This document shows positions 46,202 through 52,260 of a stretch of 52,260 bases of DNA, in pieces. Under the pieces are notes generated by a model, which made no database searches, had not been told where the DNA came from, and saw only the letters and a list, made by a program, of their open reading frames with translations. The translations under genes and the position numbers were made by a program. Origin of the DNA: a virus (lineage: Duplodnaviria > Caudoviricetes); IMG/VR virus record IMGVR_UViG_3300030419_007568, positions 1-52,260 of that record. The stretch is one strand, 5' to 3'. Numbering within the stretch: position 1 is the first letter of the stretch; each line of letters begins with the position of its first letter.

Positions 46202-47460
46202 AACGGTTAGTTTTATTTTTTGTGCCCTTAATTTTGATGTCATGTCAAGCTTGTCTCGAAGATGATCAACTGGTGCCGCTTGAGTGCCGCCCAGGACAAA
46301 AGCAAGTGTGCGATCATCATGGGGCAATATTATCTTCACTTAACCCAAACGATATTCCTCAGAAATCGGGCGTATGTAAATATGGATTAAGAACTTGCAG
46401 CTTTGATGGGTGGTCTGAATGTATCGGTGCCGTAGGTCCCGAACCAGAAATCTGTGATGGGCTAGATAATGACTGCGATGCAGCTATTGATAATAACTTT
46501 CCGGAACAGCACCAATTGTGCGGCTTTGTAGAAGGGGCTGACTATGGCGTCGGTATTTGTACGCCGGGGGTCATGAAATGCGATGATGGTAGTCTTTATT
46601 GTGATGGTCATGTTGGACCATCTGAAGAAACCTGTGATGGGTTAGATAATAACTGCGATGGGTCGATTGATGAGGGAGTAGCAAACACAACGGCTATTGT
46701 TTGTTATGACGGACCAGATGGTACAATGGCAGTTGGCGAATGCCGAGCGGGTGTTCGATATTGTCAAGATGGTGGTTTTGATGGACCTTGTGATGGACAG
46801 GTTTTACCTGTTGAAGAAATCTGTGATAATCTTGATAATGATTGTGATGGTGAAGTTGATGAAGGTTTTGATACTCGTGGTGTAGACTTAGTTTTTATAA
46901 TTGATATTTCCGGCTCATTTGAGGATGAGATCACATCAATGATAGAAGGGATCACACCGCTTTTAGACGACCCGATCACGAGCAATTTTCGATTTGGACT
47001 TGCTGTTATAGGTAGACAGAACCAGGGAAACCTTGAACCTCCATTTAGACGCCATTCTGAGATGGTAACTAACTTTGTGGCGGCTGATGAGTTTTTGGAA
47101 TACCTTGAAGCTATGAGACTATTAGAAGATGGAGGAATTGAACCATCTATAGATGTGGCGTTGTGGTCGATGGACGGGACGTACCCTTTTGGTTGGACCC
47201 AAGGGAATCAAAAAGTAATAATATTAATGACGGATGAAATAGCCCAGACTATTGTCAATAACAATGTAGCGCAAGTAAATGCTCATGCTATAGACCAAGG
47301 ATTTGAAATATTTGTTTTTGCTCTTCCCGAGCATCATACTTCATTTATTCAGATGGTAAGAGGGGACCCAGCAAGATTATATACCCCCGCTGTTAATTCA
47401 GAAACGGTCTTCCTTCAAATTAAGCAAATCTTCGAAGATCTTTGTATTGGCAGAAACTAG
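46198..47460 (+). CDS. Lipoprotein with Cys-rich (ExCDGLDNDCDG) repeats and a C-terminal VWA domain
   Basis: Lipobox LMSC; three EICDGLDNDCD/ETCDGLDNNCDG/EICDNLDNDCDG repeats; VDLVFIIDISGS MIDAS and ILMTDE. Confidence 0.85.
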   Translation: MKRLVLFFVPLILMSCQACLEDDQLVPLECRPGQKQVCDHHGAILSSLNPNDIPQKSGVCKYGLRTCSFDGWSECIGAVGPEPEICDGLDNDCDAAIDNNFPEQHQLCGFVEGADYGVGICTPGVMKCDDGSLYCDGHVGPSEETCDGLDNNCDGSIDEGVANTTAIVCYDGPDGTMAVGECRAGVRYCQDGGFDGPCDGQVLPVEEICDNLDNDCDGEVDEGFDTRGVDLVFIIDISGSFEDEITSMIEGITPLLDDPITSNFRFGLAVIGRQNQGNLEPPFRRHSEMVTNFVAADEFLEYLEAMRLLEDGGIEPSIDVALWSMDGTYPFGWTQGNQKVIILMTDEIAQTIVNNNVAQVNAHAIDQGFEIFVFALPEHHTSFIQMVRGDPARLYTPAVNSETVFLQIKQIFEDLCIGRN

Positions 47461-47708
47461 TCGTCAAACTCTTGCACAAAGGGTACCAATCTAGATAGTT
47501 CTTGACAAGTTTCTTCTAAGACTTCTACCATACCTTGCAAACTTTGCAGAGTGTCGGCTTTTGTTCCGGACTCTATTTGATCTTTTATAACTTCAAGTTG
47601 ATTAGAATATTTTGCCCCGTGTCTTCCTAGAATAAAAGTTAAACTCGCCACAGCTAATCTTCTTGTATCGTCTTTGTGAACGGATATCGTAAATGTTTTA
47701 TCACTCAT
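47457..47708 (-). CDS. Hypothetical protein
   Basis: 83-aa ORF, ATGA overlap with the upstream gene. Confidence 0.55.
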   Translation of the reverse strand: MSDKTFTISVHKDDTRRLAVASLTFILGRHGAKYSNQLEVIKDQIESGTKADTLQSLQGMVEVLEETCQELSRLVPFVQEFDD

Positions 47709-48253
47709 TGAATATCTCCCTTTTTGTTTAATATATACTGTATAATTTCATCTTTTTCACTGTTAGACTTTGCCTGAGCCCATAACCATGCTGATGTTTG
47801 TTTCTTGCTTTTGATTTCTTTCTCTAGGTCGTCTATATTTTTATCTAGTAAAATTATAGTTTTTTGTGAAAGTTCTTGTATTTCTATGCCTATAGTTCCT
47901 GCTATCTCTAATAGTTTTCCTATATCGCTTTCACTATAAGCTTTTGCGGCTTTGGAAAACAAGTCTCCATCACCCCTATCTTTGTCTGGGTGTATTTTCG
48001 AAGCTATTTTTCTATATAACGTTTTCAGGTCTTTGTTTTTTATTTTTGGCACTGGTTGGTTTTCTTTGTGTGGGTTGTCTTCTGTTTGGTTTTTTGTTTG
48101 CAATCCAAAATACGCCTGATAATGTTCAGGATAATGCTCGTCTAGATAAGACCGCATTTCTCCCTCAACAGAAGAGCATATTTCTTCTATTTCCTCTTTT
48201 TCAAGACTTAAATAGGCATACTTTAAGGTCAATTTTTTGATTTTGAAGCGCAT
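47705..48253 (-). CDS. J-domain-containing protein
   Basis: LKTLYRKIASKIHPDK...FSKAAKAY (HPD motif). Confidence 0.75.
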   Translation of the reverse strand: MRFKIKKLTLKYAYLSLEKEEIEEICSSVEGEMRSYLDEHYPEHYQAYFGLQTKNQTEDNPHKENQPVPKIKNKDLKTLYRKIASKIHPDKDRGDGDLFSKAAKAYSESDIGKLLEIAGTIGIEIQELSQKTIILLDKNIDDLEKEIKSKKQTSAWLWAQAKSNSEKDEIIQYILNKKGDIQ

Positions 48254-48266
48254 ATAATAAATAGAT

Positions 48267-48297
48267 AAAAAAATAGGGAGCCGAAGCCCCCTATTTT
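48267..48297 (-). terminator. Rho-independent terminator after the fibre gene
   Basis: ATAGGGGGC-TTCG-GCTCCCTAT followed by a T run; CTATTTA motif follows at 48258-48264. Confidence 0.85.
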
Positions 48298-48322
48298 AAA
48301 AACCATAATTTTATAAAACTTA

Positions 48323-49900
48323 TTACTTCTGAGTAACTTGGAACATGCCTCCTGAAACTTGCAGCCTGTAAATTCTAAGTTTAGCATCCTCATCTACACC
48401 CATCATTTCAATGTAGGGTATTTGATTAATAGTATTAGCTGTAGCAGCAGCGCCAAGCTCAATCTTAGCCATGCTTGCGTTATATACAACTCCGGATACT
48501 CTCATATTAGCAGCATCAAATCCACCACCGAGGGCGGGTGAACCTGCAAGGATCTGCCCACTACCTGTCAATGCGTCTCCGACATTCACAGTATTAAACG
48601 TAGCAGCACCCATGTTTACGAGTGTCCCATCAAAGTTAACATTTCCGTTTGTTGGATCAATGTTAACATGTGTCCCGGTTAATGAAGCTGATAACGAAAT
48701 ACCATTAGCAATGATTTGATTATTCACATTTATAGCTACGTTACCAGAAATAGCCGATGGAGAAAAAGTGGCAGCAGTTAAAGTACCTGACACATTCACA
48801 TCTTCAGCAAAAAGACTTCCCAAAAAGCTTGCTCCAGCAGAAGATGATAGTGTACCTGACAAAGTTAATGCGGAAGCCCCAGCTTTACTAAGTGTAACTC
48901 CACCACCGACAATTAATGCACCAGCCGATGAGGATATTGAACCTGTTGTTACCAACGAGTTAATAAATCCTGTACCACCAATGTTTAAATTACCAGCAGA
49001 CGAAGATATCGAGCCAGAGGTCGTAAGCGATCCACCAAAAACATCTCCAACAAATCTTGCTGCCGCTGAAGAACTGACATTCCCAGCAGTAGTAAGAACA
49101 CCAGAAACATTAACTGTGTTGGAAAGTGTAGTTCCGCCACCAATGATCAGTGACCCAGCAGACGATGAGACAGAACCCGAGGTTGTCAACGATCCACCAT
49201 AAACATCTCCAACAAATCTAGCCGCTGCCGAAGAACTGACATTCCCAGCAGTAGTAAGCACACCGGAAACATTAACTGTGTTACTAATTGTAGTACCACC
49301 ACCAATAATTAGTGCGCCGGCTGAAGACGATATTGAGCCAGAGGTCGTGAGCGAGCCACCAAAAACATCTCCAACAAATCGAGCCGCTGCCGAAGAACTA
49401 ACATTTCCAGCAGTAGTAAGCACACCGGAAATATTAACCGTGTTGCTAATCGTGGTTCCGCCACCGATAATCAAAGCACCGGCAGACGACGATATCGACC
49501 CGGTTGTTACTAAAGAACCTATGAACCCTGCACCAACTATATTGATTGGACCAGAACCGCTTATTGTATCAGTTCGACTTGGGTCACCTAAAAGTATAGA
49601 CCCAGTGGACTCCTGAAGTGCGTTATTCACTTCTACAAAAGTAACATCACCACCCTCAGCGGTAATCGCCTTGAGATAATTTAATGCTTGAATAACACTA
49701 CCCGTAGCATCTGCATCGGCAAACGATCTACTGAGAGTATATTTTCTGTGATAACCGACGGGAGCGCCGTCTGTAGATCCGGTCCAGGCTGGCAAACCAC
49801 CGAAGCCCGAACCACTCATTACAACACCACCGAGAACTTCACCGTTTAGTTGAAATGCTCGGTTTCCCGTATTAGAACCGGAAAATGTTGAAAAAGCCAT
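48323..49900 (-). CDS. Ser/Gly/Thr-rich repetitive fibre-like virion protein
   Basis: 54-aa tandem repeats, AGGAGG RBS, own putative promoter (CTAGTTA 49978-49984) and terminator. Confidence 0.7.
   Translation of the reverse strand: MAFSTFSGSNTGNRAFQLNGEVLGGVVMSGSGFGGLPAWTGSTDGAPVGYHRKYTLSRSFADADATGSVIQALNYLKAITAEGGDVTFVEVNNALQESTGSILLGDPSRTDTISGSGPINIVGAGFIGSLVTTGSISSSAGALIIGGGTTISNTVNISGVLTTAGNVSSSAAARFVGDVFGGSLTTSGSISSSAGALIIGGGTTISNTVNVSGVLTTAGNVSSSAAARFVGDVYGGSLTTSGSVSSSAGSLIIGGGTTLSNTVNVSGVLTTAGNVSSSAAARFVGDVFGGSLTTSGSISSSAGNLNIGGTGFINSLVTTGSISSSAGALIVGGGVTLSKAGASALTLSGTLSSSAGASFLGSLFAEDVNVSGTLTAATFSPSAISGNVAINVNNQIIANGISLSASLTGTHVNIDPTNGNVNFDGTLVNMGAATFNTVNVGDALTGSGQILAGSPALGGGFDAANMRVSGVVYNASMAKIELGAAATANTINQIPYIEMMGVDEDAKLRIYRLQVSGGMFQVTQK
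48895..49520 (-). repeat. 162-bp coding tandem repeat, about 3 full plus partial units
   Basis: acatctccaacaaatc recurs at 49041, 49203 and 49365; unit GSLTTSGSISSSAGALIIGGGTTISNTVNVSGVLTTAGNVSSSAAARFVGDVxG. Confidence 0.9.
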
Positions 49901-49992
49901 TCATATTTCCTCCTGCTATGGCTAAACTTTTATAACCAATTTGAGGAACCTAGGTGAAGATAATCTTCACGATATTATAACTAGTTTCGAAA

Positions 49993-50199
49993 CTATTCTT
50001 TTTTGTCGAAATTAACTTTTAAAGTAGAGATATTTTCTTCTGCTTCCGCAAGTTTTTGAGACCACTCTAGAATTTCTTTTAATAGATTGGAATGCTCCCC
50101 AATACCTACAGAATTATCAAAGTAGACCTCTAGCACTGCAAGAGCTTCATCTCGTTGTGCCTCGTAGTGACTTAACGCTGCTTTGAGAAGTTTATTCAT
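49993..50199 (-). CDS. Small hypothetical phage protein
   Basis: 68-aa ORF (YFDNSVGIGEHS) with GAGGA RBS. Confidence 0.65.
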   Translation of the reverse strand: MNKLLKAALSHYEAQRDEALAVLEVYFDNSVGIGEHSNLLKEILEWSQKLAEAEENISTLKVNFDKKE

Positions 50200-50200
50200 T

Positions 50201-50773
50201 TTATTCTTCCTCTTTCAAATAGGTCTGCAAAATTTGCACAAATGCACTAGCGCCTTTTTTGCAGTTTTCAATCCACTCATTGGCGGCGTCTTCATCGGCA
50301 CCGTCTGTAATATATTTGAAAGAAACAAAATCTACCCCACATTCGTGGCAACATTTAGCAATTGCATAAGCTTCCATGTCAACTACATCACAAGGAAGGC
50401 TGCTCATATCGCTAACAAAAGTATCCCCCGTTCCGCAAACTAACCTTTTGTTGATTGGATTTTTTGAAGGAAACTCTAAGAAAGAAGTATCTTGATCTTC
50501 AAACGGAGTAACCCCAAAATCAAAACCAAGCTCTTTGATATGCATGTCTCTTTGAATAAATCTTGTACAATCAACTAATGTATGTTGATCGACCGTTTTA
50601 CTACCCGCAGTTCCAAAATTTATAATAAGATCGGGATTATAATCTATGATCGATTTCATCGCAGTCATTGCTGCGTTTACTTTTCCAACACCTGTATAAT
50701 ATGTCGGAACATATTCTTCGACCAATCCTTGAGATTCTTCTGGTAACGCACAAAGGACTATTATTCTATTCAT
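50201..50773 (-). CDS. mtnN: MTA/SAH nucleosidase (PNP/UDP family)
   Basis: ALPEE, TGVGKVNAA, INFGTAGS, TGDTF, VDMEAYAIA, KYITDGAD. Confidence 0.82.
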   Translation of the reverse strand: MNRIIVLCALPEESQGLVEEYVPTYYTGVGKVNAAMTAMKSIIDYNPDLIINFGTAGSKTVDQHTLVDCTRFIQRDMHIKELGFDFGVTPFEDQDTSFLEFPSKNPINKRLVCGTGDTFVSDMSSLPCDVVDMEAYAIAKCCHECGVDFVSFKYITDGADEDAANEWIENCKKGASAFVQILQTYLKEEE

Positions 50774-51251
50774 ATATGATCACACTTTTAGCACTTATAT
50801 CATTATCGTGTAAAAACTTTAAGTCGATTAAAACACCACAATCTAAAACATTATAACCAGCACGATTACATAGTTCTTTTGTTACCTTGAGTGTTCCGCC
50901 TGTTGCGAGCACATCGTCGATTATCACGACGTTTCCTGTTCCGGGTGCGATCTCTAGAGAATCCTCTCCATATTCTAAGCTATATTGTTTCGTGACCACG
51001 GGAGGTGGAAGTTTTCCTTTTTTTCGGACGAGAACCAACCCTTTATCGAACAAAACCGATAAAGCGGAAGCAAAAATAAATCCCCGTGAATCAATGCCCA
51101 CAAAATGATCAACAGAACTTAAATCAAATTGGTCACCAAGATTTCTTACGGCGTTTTTAAATTCTTTAGATTTAAGTAACGGGCTGATATCCTTAAAGGA
51201 AACACCCTCTTTTGGCCAGTCGGCGATCTCATTGATTAAGTGTTTATACAT
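50766..51251 (-). CDS. apt: Adenine phosphoribosyltransferase
   Basis: DWPKEGVSFKDISPLL, DSRGF, RKKGKLP, YSLEYG, IIDDVLATGGT. Confidence 0.95.
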   Translation of the reverse strand: MYKHLINEIADWPKEGVSFKDISPLLKSKEFKNAVRNLGDQFDLSSVDHFVGIDSRGFIFASALSVLFDKGLVLVRKKGKLPPPVVTKQYSLEYGEDSLEIAPGTGNVVIIDDVLATGGTLKVTKELCNRAGYNVLDCGVLIDLKFLHDNDISAKSVIIYE

Positions 51252-51264
51252 TTTATTTTCCTTG

Positions 51265-51339
<75 letters not shown>

Positions 51340-51342
51340 TTA

Positions 51343-51418
51343 TGGTGCCCAAAGTAGGATTCGAACCTACGACCTGATGATTACAAATCAACTGCTCTCC
51401 CATCTGAGCTATTCGGGC
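51343..51418 (-). tRNA. tRNA-Thr(TGT)
   Basis: GCCCGAA...TT-TGT-AA...TTCGAAT...TTTGGGC-ACCA. Confidence 0.95.
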
Positions 51419-51419
51419 A

Positions 51420-51496
51420 TGGTAGGGGACCAGAGACTTGAACTCTGAACCTCCCGATTATGAGTCGGATGCTCTAACCAATTGAGCTAATCCCCC
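51420..51496 (-). tRNA. tRNA-Ile2(CAT), lysidine-type
   Basis: GGGGGAT...CCGA-CTCATAA-TCGG...GTCCCCT-ACCA; anticodon arm resembles bacterial Ile2 tRNAs; no initiator features; abuts tilS. Confidence 0.85.
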
Positions 51497-52102
51497 TTAG
51501 TATAATAGATTATATTCCCTTTCCACCATTTTTTTAAATGTTTTTTCGAGCCCTTTATTTACCTTGCGGGCATGAGGCATAATATCGTTTCTGATAATAC
51601 TTCTCATAAACTTTCTGTCTGTGTTTCCTGGGTCAACCATAAACGGCACATCCTTGCGTTCGCACCAGTCTTCTAGCGATCGTTTAGAAGTAGAGATAAA
51701 CGGTCTATAAACGTTTTGGTTCTTATAGGGCATAAGTTTACCCTGTCCATGCAAAGACGAGAATAAAAACCACTCAATCACATCGTCTAAGTTATGACCT
51801 GTAATAACCGTCGGCTCAAAGGTGCGAAAGAATTTGTAACGCTCATCACGCCAGTGTTCCTCTGTTGATTTCTCGGGCGGACAATCAAGAAAAATATTAC
51901 CCGTAACTAAAGGAATATTACGTTCTTCACAAAAGTCTTTTACAAAATATTTACACTCTTCTCCAAATGGTGTTCCGTGGTTAAAATAGGCAGCAGTTAC
52001 TTTATGGTTGTTAGAGAGGAAATCTAAGATAGCCATAGAGTCTGGGCCGCCGCTCACAGCGACGACCAGTTCTCTTGGCAACTTTCCTAAAACTCTCAAC
52101 AT
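51497..52102 (-). CDS. tilS: tRNA(Ile)-lysidine synthetase, catalytic domain only
   Basis: VAVSGGPDSMA PP-loop, FNHG, RDERY, TGHNLDD, RPF, DPGN, RSIIRN; ATG 52102 with GGAG RBS. Confidence 0.9.
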   Translation of the reverse strand: MLRVLGKLPRELVVAVSGGPDSMAILDFLSNNHKVTAAYFNHGTPFGEECKYFVKDFCEERNIPLVTGNIFLDCPPEKSTEEHWRDERYKFFRTFEPTVITGHNLDDVIEWFLFSSLHGQGKLMPYKNQNVYRPFISTSKRSLEDWCERKDVPFMVDPGNTDRKFMRSIIRNDIMPHARKVNKGLEKTFKKMVEREYNLLY

Positions 52103-52112
52103 CTCAACTCCT

Positions 52113-52189
<77 letters not shown>

Positions 52190-52192
52190 AAA

Positions 52193-52260
52193 TGGTCGGA
52201 ATGGTAGGATTCGAACCTACGACCCCCTGCTCCCAAAGCAGGTGCGCTAACCAGACTGCT
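52193..52260 (-). tRNA. tRNA-Pro(TGG), 5' end outside the window
   Basis: CCTGC-TT-TGG-GA-GCAGG anticodon arm, TTCGAAT T-loop, ACCA end. Confidence 0.9.

Noticed and set aside
48895-49520. CRISPR array or diversity-generating retroelement repeats
   Set aside because: Repeats are in-frame, contiguous coding units without unique spacers; no reverse transcriptase in the window and no adenine-specific pattern evident
51420-51496. tRNA-Met or initiator tRNA
   Set aside because: No C1-A72 mismatch or three consecutive G-C anticodon-stem pairs; the arm resembles Ile2 tRNAs and the gene abuts tilS. Elongator Met is not fully excluded

Overview
AT-rich, almost entirely minus-strand segment of a large (jumbo-type) myovirus-like bacteriophage genome. 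Left to right: (i) a baseplate/tail module (LamG-containing wedge-like protein, gp6/J-like, gp25-like, HxH spike, GH24 lysozyme, 1632-aa unknown); (ii) a gp55-like late sigma factor; (iii) a ~20 kb, 21-gene nucleotide-sugar and glycosyltransferase island (Gmd/Fcl, C-methyltransferase, NeuB/NeuA/Maf-like, B12 radical SAM, RmlB/RfbH, split transketolase, GT2/GT4/GT10-like) with no recognisable flippase, polymerase or initiating transferase; (iv) Cas4-like nuclease, HExxH protein, PIN-PhoH and a tmRNA; (v) probable virion proteins, a divergent block of secreted proteins including a myxobacterial-type Cys-repeat/VWA lipoprotein, and a repeat fibre; (vi) MTA/SAH nucleosidase, APRT and a tRNA cluster containing tilS, whose stop codon abuts tRNA-Ile2(CAT). 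The best candidate for an undescribed system is phage-encoded virion protein O-glycosylation: several putative surface-exposed virion proteins are strongly enriched in a [S/T]-[G/A/S]-[S/T] tripeptide that core baseplate proteins lack, next to a soluble glycan pathway that appears to lie under a recurring TAnTTA late-promoter motif. Functional calls come from motifs read by eye, not database searches, and counts are manual.
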